In this document: positions 40,533 to 53,975 of the stretch, in pieces | Layout: each line of letters opens with the position of its first letter | How positions within the stretch are numbered: position 1 is the stretch's first letter | Assembly (NCBI GenBank): GCA_043228905.1 | Contig: JBHGNT010000004.1 | Span: forward strand, 13,578,001-13,642,000 | DNA from: Azolla caroliniana | Lineage: Eukaryota > Plantae > Polypodiophyta | Reading direction: 5' to 3' | DNA length: 64,000 nt | Made by a program: the position numbers and the translations under genes | The notes under the pieces: model-generated | What the model saw: the letters and a program-made list of their open reading frames with translations, nothing else | Told to the model about the DNA's origin: nothing | Database searches by the model: none

Positions 40533-41155
40533 AAGGATTTAAGGTGGAAGTGTAATAAGAGTGTAAATAGATGGAGGGTTGTAAGGATTTAAGGTGGAAG
40601 ATGTTGATGATTGGGGGGGGGGGGGGGGGGGGGGGTGTGATACATGACCGTTATAAATGAGAACGTTACACATTCTTGTACACATGCACATAATTGTGCA
40701 TGTGCCCATACATATACTCATCCTCACACACTCATTTTCTTTACACATACACATCAACCACATCATTACACATACCCTTATGCCTCCCCGTATATTCTTA
40801 CGGGTAACAGCTGATGATAGGAAGATTGATAGGATGATAACACAGATGAGTGATTGGGATAGGGTGATAAAGGGAAATGAATGAGTGATAGGGTGTGTAA
40901 TTATATATACGTAAACAAAAGATGGTGAGAAGGTGAAAATCAAAGAAGGGAATAATAAGGGAAAGGAAGGAAAAGAAAAAGGAACTTAGTAAGAGGTGGT
41001 GGGGAGAGGGGTCGAGGGAAAAGAGAGAAGAGAGAGAGTGTATAAAAAGGTAGTGAGAGATAGAGGGGAGGGGGAGAGAGAGATGTGTTTGACTAGTAAA
41101 TAGTAGTAAGGGGTAAGGAGAGAGGAACAAGGAAGGGGGATAGATTAAATGAAGG
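40533..41155 (-). repeat. Second copy of the 3' region of the Penelope-like element, with a G23 tract at 40613-40635
   Basis: 40641-41155 is a direct repeat of 43471-44016. Confidence 0.75.
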
Positions 41156-41729
41156 CACACCTGTGGGATAGTGCATTGCACGGTGAACCCACTCGCCATG
41201 GCAACTCTTCTCGACCGGAACTCCATCGGTCGTCTCAACGGTCGGAAATCCCTCAACTGGATCACTGCTCTACGATCGATAACTTCGATCGGAGCTTTGC
41301 TTGACTCAAACCTTCTCGTTCGGTCAGCACAATGCACAATTGGATCATACACCAATCGACTAGTTCACTGCATGGGTCGTGAAATCGTGTTGTGTGTTTA
41401 CGTATTTTTTCTTTCGTCATGTGAAGTGAGTTTTATATTTTGTACCCTTTGGTCTTTAAAATTCTTGTTTTTCACTTCTGATTTCTCTCTTCTTCCTTTC
41501 TATTTCCTTCTCTATCTCCGTTTTCTTCCTGCGTTCTTCTCCTTGCTTTCTTCCATTTCTTCTTCACCTTTAGCCATGAAAAGAGCTCGATGGAGCTCTC
41601 TCTCTACTCTATCTTGGTTTGTGTCTATGTCTGTGTTCGTCAAAGTCGTTTCTGTTCGTCGGTCGTTGGTCGTGCCTGTCCGTTGGCCATCTATCGACCG
41701 TCACCGTCATGGACTGTCCAACGACCATC

Positions 41730-42240
41730 TCTCAGTTCGGCCGATTGAGTCGTCGATGGTCATGTTTGTTCGGCCAGTGTCATTTTTGTCGTCTGGCTCA
41801 TTGGTTGTCTCTCTTGGGTGGCTACGCATCTCGGCAATGCTTTTCGTCGCTCATCTCAGCCGTCGTTTTTCGGCCATCACTTGGCCGTACTCCGCGTCTT
41901 GGTCATACTCTTGGCCATGCGTCTCGGCCGTACTCTAGGCCACGCGCCTTGCCTGTACTCTGGGCCACGCCTCTCGTCTTGGCCGTACTCTCGGCCGCGC
42001 TTCTTGGCCACGCATCTCGGCCATGCGTCTTCACTATCTTCTCAACCATGCTCTTGGTCGCACATCTCGGTTGTTGTCGGCCATTGTCTGACCAATCAGC
42101 ACTACCATTCGGCCATTGTCCAACCACCATTTGACCACTATATGGCACCACTCGGCCACTATCGGCTACTACCCTTCAGCCATCAGCCGTCGCTATTCGG
42201 GCTTATCCATTCGGGCGTTGTTTGACCACAACCGACCATT
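41730..42240. repeat. Degenerate ~11-nt minisatellite (CTCGGCC/CTTGGCC core)
   Basis: Roughly 20 recurrences such as CTCGGCCGTACT and CTTGGCCATGC. Confidence 0.6.
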
Positions 42241-42359
42241 GTTCGTCCGTCGCTCGAATGGTTGTAGCGGCTTGAACTCTTGCTTCTCGCCACTATGCTT
42301 CTTGGACTTCTTTTATGAAAAATCAAACTTCGAAGGTCTGCTAACAAAGCAACCATATT

Positions 42360-43323
42360 GAGCCTTAATAGAATCTATGCTGATGGAGAGGGTAGTGGCA
42401 TTGTACTCATCGATTTGATGGGATCAGTAGTGAGTATCTCCATAAATGCCTCTTCCTTTCTTTCCCTTTAAATTTGCTTCATTTTGATCGAGAAGGATCA
42501 TATTCACCACAACAAGCAACACAGTCATATTCATTAGTACTAGTGATTCCATCTATGCTGTGAGAGAGATATGCTCCCATTTCTACTCCACTTTCGGATG
42601 ATCAGATCAAACTTCTGAGTGAAATATTAATGTAGGACAAACCCCTTACACAGAAATTGTAACTTATATTCCCACCATTATACCGATCTGCTACCAATGA
42701 TGGCAAAGTGGTTGGTCCACATACCTCAATCTCCCCCATCCCACCAGAGGAGTTGCTGCTATCCGGAGGATGAGGGTATCTGATGATGGTGGTGGTGATT
42801 ATGGTGAAAATGATAACTCTAATGAAGAAGCCAAAACTTCCAAATATCCACAGAATCATTCTCTTTCCTTTGCAGATAGTTGCTTTCTATAGAGAGAGAA
42901 CAATATAGCTACATCTAAGCACAAAAAGATTAGGGTTTCTTTCTTGAAATCAAAGTAAAGGTTGATTTGGAAAAAAGAAGAATGACATATTACAACACAC
43001 AAAAGATAGGGGAAAGAGCAAAAAGATAGTCATCTCACTAAATCTCTAGATCCCGATTCCCAACGCACACGAAGAACCTTTAATAAAACGGATCACCATA
43101 CAGAGAGAGTCTATGCACAAAACCACTCTCTCTAACACAGATAGCAACAACACACAACAAAGGAGAGAGAGAGAGAGAGAGAGATTAGTGATGCAGAGGA
43201 GAGCAAGGGAGGGAGATGTGACTTCTTCTCAAAGGAGGGTCAGCCTTTCAAGCGTGCCAAAAGTGTTGCTGAGGTGGGGGGTGAAGCCTAGAATGGCTTC
43301 ACACCCCTCCCAACGGGGTTACA

Positions 43324-43373
<50 letters not shown>

Positions 43374-43468
43374 AAAGTGAAAATACAAAATGACACAAAA
43401 ATGAGAGGGGGAAAATGTATATCATTACATACCCCATAGGGGGTTTATATAATACATCTAATGTAACA
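42360..43468 (-). mobile_element. Possible LTR plus gag remnant of another LTR element
   Basis: Minus-strand TGTTAC start at 43468, TATA and CT microsatellites typical of local LTRs; weak gag-like WWE motif near 42670; no PBS or TSD seen. Confidence 0.3.
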
Positions 43469-45500
43469 GTTACATGACCGTTATAAATAAGACTGTTACA
43501 CATTCTTGTACATATGCACATAATTGTGGATGTGTCCATACACATGCTCATCCTCACACACTCATGTTCTTTACACATACACATCAATCATATCATTACA
43601 CATACCCTTATGCCTCCCTATATATTCTTACGGGTAATAGCTGGTGATAGGAAGATTGATAGGATGATAACACAGATGAGTGACTGGGATAGGGTGATAA
43701 AGGGAAATGAATGAGTGATAGGGTGTGTAATTATATGTACATAAACAAAAGATGGTGAGAAGGTGAAAATCAAAGAAGGGAATAATAAGGGAAAGGAAGG
43801 AAAAGAAAAAGAAACTTAGTAAGAGGTGGTGGGGAGAGGGATCGAGGGAAAAGAGGGAAGAGAGAGAGTGTGTATAAAAAGGTGGTGAGAGGTAGAGGGG
43901 AGGGGGAAGGGGGAAGGGAGAAAAAGGGGGAGAGGGAGAGAGAGATGTGTGTGACTAGTAAATAGTAGTAAGGGGTAAGGAGAGAGGAACAAGGAAGGGG
44001 ATAGATTAAATGAAGGGTGAGAAAATATGTTTTATGGGGGGTATCTAGGATGTTTTTAGTTTTGACTAGAAGGGAGTGGAGGTTTTTGGATTTTCTCCAA
44101 CAGATAATGGGTTTAGGGATATGTTGTAGTTGGGGATCTAATTGGATATCAGCGTGTAGGCTAGTGAGTATTTCTTTGATAATTAGTGTGGGGGTATGGT
44201 GAGTATATCTAAGTTAAAAGATAGTGGGTGGGGTGGTTTTTTTAGTTTTTTCTTTGAAAGGGAGAGTGTGTCTAAGGGAGTAAGGGTGTTTTCTAAAGTT
44301 CTTTAGAATAAAATGCGTGGGATAACCTCGAGCCCTAAGTACCGTAAAGAATTTCTTTTGCATATTTAAATAACCATATATCATTTTAGTTCATTCGAAA
44401 CAAAACTATTTTTAACATGGAGAGGGAAATTGGAGGAATAAGGGATGTATTGATATGTATTAAGTGTTTTTTGAAAGCAATTAAAAGTGAATCTATTATT
44501 ATCTAAGTTAATCCAGAAGTCTAAAAAGGGTAGTTTCGTGTAAGAAGAATGTATGGTTAGTTTGATAGAGTTGTGAGTAGTGTTACTATAGAAGTTTAGG
44601 CATTCGAAAAGTTGGGTTTTAGTACCAGTCCAGACGCCAAAGACATCATCAATACACCTAGTGAAATAGAAAAGATGGGGTGATGGATTTGAATTTTCTA
44701 GATATGAGAGGAAGAGACATGCGTAGACAACGGAAAAATTACTGCCCATGGTTGTTCCTTTTACCTATTGATAAATTTGGTTGTTGAAATTTAGGAAGTG
44801 GTATTCTAAAGTGAGGGCACTAAGGGTATAAATCAAATTAGTTTTTTGGTTTGAAAAGTGTGGGGAAATAAGATTTTTTAGGGCTGAGAGTCCTAGTTTT
44901 GGTGGGATGCTAGGGTAGAGGAATTCAACATCAAAAGATAAAATGAAGCTATTGGGTGGTTTTATAAGTTGTTCTAAGGTTTTGACAATGGAATGGGAGT
45001 CCCTAAGATATTGTTTTTGACATAGAAGTATAGGGAGGAGTTGATGGTGATGCCATTTAGACGTTTGTTCAAATAATGAACCATTATATGAGCAAATTGG
45101 TCTATAGCTAACGGGGGTTTTATGTACTTTTGGTTGGAAGTACATATTAGGTATTGAGTAACCTTTAGGAGGTTTGGGTAGGATAAATTGTATTTCTATG
45201 AGAGACAAGACATTAAGCTAACTTACGATTGACTATGTCATGTAGTCGACTTAAAAGTTCTTCTAATGGGAGACTATTAACTTTTTTATATGTAGTGATG
45301 TCGAATAAATGTTCTAGGGTTTTATCTAGGTATGTTTTTTAATCGAGGACACAAACTCCGATGTTTTTGTCCGCTGGTAGGATGATTATTTGTTTGTTTT
45401 TTTCTAAGATTGGTTAGTGGTATTTTGGTATTAGGTAGTATATTGTTATGGAGGTCTATGGAGAGAGAGATGTAATTGTGTTTATGGAGTATCGACTCTA
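43469..45500 (-). mobile_element. Penelope-like element, 5'-truncated RT pseudogene
   Basis: IIILPADKNIGV, PKVHK..YRPI, FDVEFLYPSIP, KGTTMGS, RCIDDVF, LPFLD, YIPYSSNFP, LRARGYP, WRKSKNLHSLLVK. Confidence 0.85.
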
Positions 45501-46355
45501 ATGCAATTCCCCATAAAGATATCTGAATTTCAATGATCCTTGTTGACCTCATTTATATGTATTACTTCGGCATATGTCAATTATTTCTCATTAATTTCCT
45601 CAATACCCTTAAACCTCTTAGATCTTCCAATGTCCTCCCTTTCACGATAATACCCAACCATCGCATTACTCTTTTTTGGATCAATTGTTTCCATATTGTT
45701 GATAACCCCACAATTTGTGAGGAATTCATGTTTATATCCATTATTCTTGATGTTATTTCAATACACGATAAAAACAATTTTCCATGAATAAAAAGAGACA
45801 ACCGGAACTCACTCGATTGAAGAGGTTGAAGATGATAAAGACAATAGAAGACCCGCAATGAGTGTTGAGTATGTGGATGTTGAGAACAGAAGATTCCTTA
45901 TTTCTATCGCTGCTTTTCGTAAAAACCACTAAATTTAACTTGCTATATTTCGTTACGAAGGTCTAATCGAGGGCTTTCTAACGCTTTTCTTTGCGCCCAA
46001 TTCCGTTGTCGATAGAGAGCGTAGCAACAAAAACAAATCCTTCCTTACCACTCCCTTCAATAGCAACCTCTATAGTTGAAGGACAATGACAATGGCATTG
46101 CGCCGTAAAGTGACCCCATTCACCACATCCAAAATAATGACCTACAAATGCCTCCCACCACCATTTCAAACAAAGTCTTTTCATATTAGGTGTGTGCATA
46201 CGCACCCATCCTGGCCTCTTACGACTTGTATCCCATTACACACAAAATCTACATTTATTTATAGCATTTACATGTGGAGGTACCAAGACTTTACCCATTT
46301 GACTCATCAACTCTAGTAAAAGTGGCCATAAAAACGCATGCTTACAATCCACCGT
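45501..46355 (-). pseudogene. L1 ORF1-derived fragments (continuing at 53976-55850)
   Basis: GHYFGCGEWGHFTAQC knuckle; similar to 35400-36075 and 54427-55020; split by gypsy G. Confidence 0.65.
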
Positions 46356-49300
46356 TGTCATAGTGTATTTCGTACACTACGTGAAAAACGTATAGAGTAC
46401 TAGATTCAATGAACCTGAAGAAATAGAAGAAAATATTAAATTTATGTATTACATGCATAGGGCAATATTCAAACCTTGTACCTCCATGTTTATAATGTAA
46501 AGCCTTACCATTATACTAACACATCATAAGTGTTAAAAAATAGATATCTCACATAGAAAGGTTATTTCATGTATATTTTCTAGATAAAAAAGCTTTAGTT
46601 AGAAGAAAATGCATGATAAAAGAAAAAAAGCTACACATGCACATCTAGCATGCATGAACACTATAGTTAGAGAAAGCATGATCACTTTTAGAAAAAGCAT
46701 GTTAGAGAAAGCATATAGTCTATTGATAGAAAAGGCATGGAGTTGATAGTTAAAGAAAAAGCATGGATTGCTAAGACTCTCTAATCACTATATAAGGATG
46801 GGGAGCACAATGTAATAAGGGGGGTTCAAAATCTTTGGAAATTGGATATGTTTCTAAGTAACTATTAATAAACTATACTTGTGGGATTCACGAGATTTCT
46901 ATATTCTTCTCTTTCAATCTAAATTCATATTCTTATTTTAATATTGATTAATCTAATACAATATACTTGTGGGAGTCACAAGTTTCAATCACTCTTTCTT
47001 ATAATCTATTCATATTCATAACTAAACTCGTCTCAAATTCCTCCTCCTCCTAGTCCAAAACCCCAGCGGTTCCCACCCGACCCAGGCAACGATCCGGTGC
47101 CAAAAGGCACGGCACAATTGGTAAACCCAACGTGAAAGCAGGTCGCAAGGAGATGGAGAATCAACAAGAGGCGATGAACACGATGATGATGATGATGATG
47201 ATGTTCAAGCGGATGCTACAAGAACAATGAGTGATGTCGGAGATCATGGCGACAGTAATGCGGTTCGTACAACAAAACGGAAAATTCAACGAAAAGGATG
47301 TGTCACGCTATCTACGTAACTACAAGGCGGAGATGATGCGATGTGGGATACCATAAGGATTGCAAGTGATATCCTTCAATTTGGTGGCCACGGATGAGCT
47401 ACAAGAGAGAATCTACGAGATACGGCAACAAAACCCAGGGTGGATGTCCTTTGAGAAAGCTCTATTGGAGAAATATGATTACGAGAGACCAAAGGGACGA
47501 GGTCAGTGCGGATTCGACCAGTGGGTGCAATCGGAGAAGACCCACCGAAGCGCACCACAAGCATTCATAGAGTTCGAGCATCGTTTTGCTCGACTCTCGG
47601 AGTGGGAACAAAGATTGGTGGGGAAGAATAAAGTCCTAATGTTCGTAAAGTCCGGATCAAACTTGAAGACGATGATGGTGCAAATGGTCTCACCGAGGAT
47701 TGGGACGAAGTTGAAAGAGTATGCTGAAGACATGATAAGAGGAAGATGAGAATCTCGTTGGCCTCAACATGGTCCATCAGGAATGATCGGTTGAGAACGA
47801 ATGATGTGGCCGATATGAAGGCCGAAATACAATATGATGGTACTACAAGAGAGGGTGTGGAACAAGCTACCCTCTCGTCTTGAGAAAGAATGATGACCAA
47901 TGACAAGGCCGATGACTTGAGAGTGGCAAACACCACTTCAAGGGTGGAAGAAGGTTTCGGGACACGAGTGTCCGAAACATCGAGTGAAAAAGGGGTAAGC
48001 ATAATCGAAGCTTGCACGATCAAGGAGGGCAAAGAGTGTCAAGCCTATGGAGTTGAAGAGATAGCCAAGGATAACGACATTGAGGCGAAGGTGGCTAAGG
48101 ATGGTTCGATGGAGGATGGTAATATCGAGGATTCCTTCCCACTAATTCTAGAGACTTCGGCAGTTATATCTTAGAGCTAATCTGAGACCATATAGACGGA
48201 AGGTGGCAGAGAGGAAACGAAGGTTGAAGCCGATGCATGTGACGGAGAGATAGTCGAGAAGGTGGCTATGGTGGCAAATGGCCAAGGAGAGACTTTCCCA
48301 ACAATAATTCTAGAGACTTCGGCAGTTGCATTCGAGAGGCAACGTGAAACCGGAGAGACGGAAAGTGGCAACAGGAAATTGGAAGACCATCAACCATGGG
48401 CTCGGGAGACTACGACCGAGAAGGGAATCCATGCAACCACAGTGGAGCAGTTGCTGAAGGAGATGGAGAATCTGAAAATCGCAACGGTGAAGAAATCTGA
48501 AGACCGTCCCACAAGTTCCAAGTATATGAACCATCGGTGCATATGGTGCGATAACACTGAACATGATCGAAAGGATTGTGATGAGCACAAGGAGGCGCTA
48601 CGACAGGATTGGGAAATCGGATTCATTTGATGGACTCTCAGAAGCCACTCCGGCCAAACTTCCGAAAAAGCAGCATGAAGAAGGTCCTAAAGGAGGAGAT
48701 AGTGGCGAAAAGTAAGTTTGTGACAACCGAGGGAATACGTGTGGGGGAACCATCTGGAGCAAAGGCATATTTTTGGCCGGAAGTGCTAGAAATCTCAAAG
48801 AAAGCCGACTTTGATGAAATCCGGAGCACCATAGAAGGCATCCGGGAAGCTACGGGATGGGAGTGCCCCGTAGATAAGAATAGCATACATGCCTTATGTC
48901 AATTGCATGAGGTGTATGTAGATGCGAAACGACGACGCACAAATGATGCGGTTGGGCCATCAAAGACACCGGAGAGCTGGAACTCCGAAGGGAAGGGAAA
49001 GGAAAAACAATTCCGGCATTCAAACTCACTTTGGACATCGAACAATGGACGGACCTAACGAAGGTGTTCGAAGAGAGAATCCTTGATAGCCGGGTGGAAT
49101 TTTCTCTCCGGGAATTACTCGGAATAGCGAAGGAGTTCCATGATATTCTTATGGATCTCATAAAAAGAAAGAGACAAACTACGGATGAAAATTATCCAAG
49201 GATGAATGCAAATACCATTCTAATGAATGACATGGAAGTGGAGGATGAAATTTCGAGCTCCCACTACACAAGGCCACACTAGGCACGCGCAACTACAGAG

Positions 49301-52300
49301 ACTCTTGTCCGAATCAGAAACATCAAAGAGCCTGTACTAGCATTGATTGATCACAGGTCAGAGATCAATTTGATGTCCAAGGAGTTCTACTGGAAGGGAA
49401 AGTGGCCTATAAACACTAGCCATGGATGGAAGATCCGGCCAGCCACAAAAGCCACGGAAGATCTATTTGCGGCTTGTCCGGATGTGACGATGAAGATCGG
49501 AGATGTGGAGATTGACCAAAATTTCTCACATTCCGTGATCCTTGGGCAACCCTTGAGGCAAAGGTGGTCAATAGCGGAGCAGCTTTTTCACGAATTCAGA
49601 GCCAAAGTGGAGGGAAAACCGTCCAATTCCTAATTATGCCATTGAATCACGAAAGGAACAAGAGAGAGCTCTTGTCCCAAACAAAAATGGATTTTTAAAG
49701 TGGATTGTTGCGGAGCAGGGAATTGATAGTATGAGAAGCCCTAATACCCCACACAGAAACAAAACTCTTGGAACAAAACAAATACGAATCGGTCTGAATG
49801 GGGCATCTACATACACGGCTGTAACCGGGGCAAGATGAGTTACGGTTTGCATCAATCATAAAAGAAGACGAAGAGATCGTGGGAGTAGTCGAAGAAGTGT
49901 TCTATGGGAGCACGCTACAATGGCTTGAAGAGCTTGCGGAAGAGAATAGCCAAGAAGACTGGGTAGTCCTGGTGGAATCAGTCTAGATGTACGATATCAT
50001 TGCTAATATGAGGCCGGATGCGCTCCACAAAGAAGAAGCAATGGTATGTACAAAATATAAGACCGTGGGAAAGAAGGTGAAACCGTCCGTGGGACCGCTA
50101 CCCTCCAATAGCGAACAAAAGAGGAAAGAAGTCTCGAGAGATCCGACACTTCGGAAATCCGTGGATATCAGACATGACTTCACGAAGGAGACCCGGAAGA
50201 AACTTCGGATTGGTGGAGGTGGGTTCCTCTTAAAGAATGAAGAAGAACGATTCCGTGAGATGTTGGAGCAACATGGAAAGCATTCGCATTTACACCAAAA
50301 GAGATAGGGTGTGTTGATCCAAAGATAGTGGAACTGATGGTGATCTTCACGATTGATCATGTGTCATGGAACTTGAAGCCAATTCCAGTGCCACGGGCAC
50401 ATATTCCGAAAATCATTGAATTGCTCAAAGAAAAGCTAACGATGGGGATTCTAGAGCCATCAAACGCTCCGTACTCAAATCGATGGTTTACTGTTCCTAA
50501 GAAGAATGGGTCACTCCGATTCATTCAAGATTTGCAACTGGTGAACAAGGTCACGATCTGGAACTCCGGAGACGGTCCGATAGTGGACGAATTTGCGAAA
50601 GTATATGCCGGACGCGTGATATACTCCATTGGAGAGCTATACTCCGGTATGACCAATTCGAACTAGCCGTGGAGAGCCGAGATATTACTACAATGCGAAC
50701 ACCGATAGGATTAGTTCGGATGTGCACACTACCACAAGGTGAAACAAACTCGGTCGCACATATGATGAATGCGATGAACAAGGTGCTCCGAGATTGCATT
50801 ACGGAGATAACAATGTCGTTCCTACATGACATTCCGATAAAAGGATGTGCGGTGGAAGAAAAAGATGAGACAATGGATGATCGAGGATGTCAAAAGTTCG
50901 TAGTTGACCATATTCATGATTGCGAGAAAGTGCTACGGAAATTAGAAGATGTGCACCTAACACTCTTCGGAGAGAAATCGGCATTCGGACAAGAAGAGAT
51001 ATTGGTAGCCAGACATCTATGTGGGCCCTACGGCCAAAGACCATCGCCAGTCAAGATTGATGCGATTCAAGCTATGAAAGAAATATGCGAGTCACAATCC
51101 GAAGTCCGTAGATTTCTTGGTGCATGTGCATTTTATCACATATGGATTCCGCACTATGCACACATTGCGGACCCACTCTATCACTTGTTGCGGAAGGGTA
51201 AGAAGTTCGAATGGAGGCCAGAACATACCAAAACCATGAAGAAGCTCAAGAAAACACTATGGAGAGTAGAATCACTTAAGAAACCAAACTATGACTGACC
51301 GATCATAGTAACGGTTGATACAAGTCCAACCTGGATAGGATAGGTCATCAACCAAGTTGACTGGGATGGTTCACGATATCCGATCTGTTTCGGAGCAAAA
51401 GTTCTCAACGAAAGGCAACGCGGATATGCACAAGAGAATTATAGGGAGTCATGTCGGCGATAAAATCAGATCGAGATTATTTGATCGGAGCCGAAGTAGT
51501 GATCGAAATGGATTGTCTTCCGATACTCGGGATGATGCGGTGTTGTACGATACCGGATATGGATATGCTAAGATGGATTGCATATGTAAAATCGCTTAAT
51601 CCGAAGGTACGACACATCTCCGGAAAAGACAACACAGTATCGGATATGCTGCCAAGGGCACGGTTCGGAGACGACATAGCCGAATCTGATAATGAAGAAG
51701 TTTCCGAAAACTACTTTACTTCAGAGCAGATATGCCGGGTGAACGTAATCCAAGAATTTCGGGAAGCCGTATACGAGGGAGAAAGCCTAATGGTCGAGAA
51801 GGTGCTACAAGAAATCAAAGAATCATCGGACAATATGGAAAAGAGAGCCGAGATCCGAAGTAAGAAGTGGCAAATCCAAAAGTTCTTCTTGAACAATGGA
51901 TTAATCTGGAGGGAGCCGAAAAGACCGAATGGCATACCACTACAGGTAGTCGGAACAAAAGAGCAACGATATCGAATAATATCCGAATTTCACGATTCTG
52001 ATTGGGCTCGACATCGTGGAACACAGGCAACATTTGGAAAGATCAAGCAAAAATATTGGTGGAAGAATATGTACAAAGATGTAGAGGAGTTCACTGGAAG
52101 CTGCGAGAAATGCCAAATCTACTCCGGAGTTCGACACTAAGATGAATTACATCTGACATTCTCACCGACAATCAACTTCAAATGGATGGTCGACATTGTC
52201 GCCATGCCAACTGGGATTGGACAAAATAGTACTTGGTATTAGCTCGGGAAGATCTAACGAACCAAGTAGAAGGTCGGGCGCTATGGAGGATAAAATGTTC

Positions 52301-53975
52301 TGCAGTATGCCAATTTCTCTTGGAAAAAGTGTTCTGCAGGTACGAGTGCGTAGGACAAGTGATTGCAGATCGGGGAGAACTTGACTCTGATAAGGCTAGG
52401 GAATTCTTCACCAAACATGGAGTACGGTTAACACTAACCACGACATACAATCCAGAAGCCAACAGGAAGATCGAACGAGGACATAGTCCAATTGTTAAAG
52501 CACTTGTAAAAGCATGCGACGAAAGCATGTAGAATTGGCCGCAGATGCTTCCATATGCAGATCGCACAATGCATAGTTTCGTGACCGGTTCTATGCCAAC
52601 AGAACTTATCACCGGCCAAGCACCGGTAATGCCGACGGAAACCGCAATTGCAACATGGATAGTGCTGTCGTGGAAGCAAGAGATGAGCCAGGAAGAACTA
52701 CTAGTGGTTCGGATATAACAACTAGAGAGAAAACCCGAAGACATAGCGGAAGCAATACACTGACAACAAGAAGCGCGGTTCCGAAACAAAAGTCATTTCA
52801 ACACAAAGCACTATCTACGACCACGGAAGATTGAAGAAGGAGATTGGGTGATAGCCTATGACAGTAGTTTGGATCATCAACACACAACGATCCGGAAATT
52901 CGCAAAAAGGTGGTTCGGACCACACGAAGTTTGGAAAGTTTTTGACAAAGGAACCTACCAACTAAGTGAGTTCGATGGAACAGTACTATGGGTGCGTATA
53001 GCGGGGAAACGGGTGAAGATTTTCAAGAAGCGAACTAATGACGAAACCTATGTGACCTTATATAAGACCGTCAACGAAGAGTAATCGGACAAAGATCACG
53101 GTGGTGCGGAAAGCGAAGAAAGTGGGCTAGAATTGATAATCGACATAAGGGGAGAAAATGAGGGTACTACGGATGAAGGAGAATAACGAGCTCCAACAAC
53201 TTCGGTACATACCGGAGGATGTGCGGGTTCGGAGGGCGTAAGTGTCATAGTGTATTTCGTACACTACGTGAAAACCGTATATAGTACTAGATTAAATAAA
53301 TATGAAGAAATAGAAGAAAATATAAAAATATGTATTAGACGCATAGGGCAAGATTCAAACCTTGTACCTCCATGTAAACAATCCCCAAACCTTACCATTG
53401 TATTAACATATCATAAGTGATCTAAATATAGATTTAATAGATATAACACTTATATTTACACCAATTTTTATAAAAAAACCAACCCATGCACATTTAGAGT
53501 GCGCAAGAACTTTATTTAGAAGAAAAACGCAAACAAAGAAAAAGTTACTCATGTACGTCTAGAGTGCATGAGTACTATATTTAGAAATTAAAAGCATGGT
53601 AGAAAAAGCTATTCAGGGACATCTAGTGTGCATGAACACTTTAAAAAAGCATTATGTTATGTTTAGTATCTTCCATCACTATATAAGTAAGAAAGAAAGA
53701 TGTATATGGTTGTTGATTTTTTTGAAGGGCTAATTAATATATTATATTTGTGGGATTTGCAAATTTGCCATCTATTTCTCTCTTGCAATCTAAATTCATA
53801 TTCTTTCCTAAAACATTAATTAATACACTTTACTCGTGGGATTCATGAGTTTCCTATCTCGCTTTCTTATAATCTAATCATAACTAGATTGCCTCAAATT
53901 CTTCCTCCTCCTAGTCCAAAACCCCAACAGTTCCCACCCAACTCACGCAATGATCTAGCATTGAAAGGCATGCCA
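46356..53975 (+). mobile_element. Old non-chromovirus Ty3/gypsy (Phygy-like), element G
   Basis: Diverged LTRs 46356-47114 and 53243-53975; TSD CCGT; TGG-starting PBS at 47119; CIWC..EH...C knuckle, IDHRSEIN protease, LRFIQDLQLVN RT, YNPEAN..IER integrase. Confidence 0.9.
46460..46521 (-). promoter_or_regulatory. Decayed tRNA-like A/B-box cassette in G LTR (second copy about 53346-53409)
   Basis: Minus strand TAGTATAATGGTAAGG...AGGTACAAGGTTTGAAT, 44-nt spacing; B-box CG decayed to TG. Confidence 0.55.

Noticed and set aside
40811-40860. CTGATGA hammerhead core near the Penelope repeat
   Set aside because: Opposite strand to the RT, no stem II/GAAA, and mutated to CTGGTGA in the second copy
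41171-42225. Long ORFs as a host gene
   Set aside because: Low-complexity, repeat-driven, no recognisable domain
43327-43370. (AG)n tracts as independent features
   Set aside because: Routine components of local LTRs and UTRs
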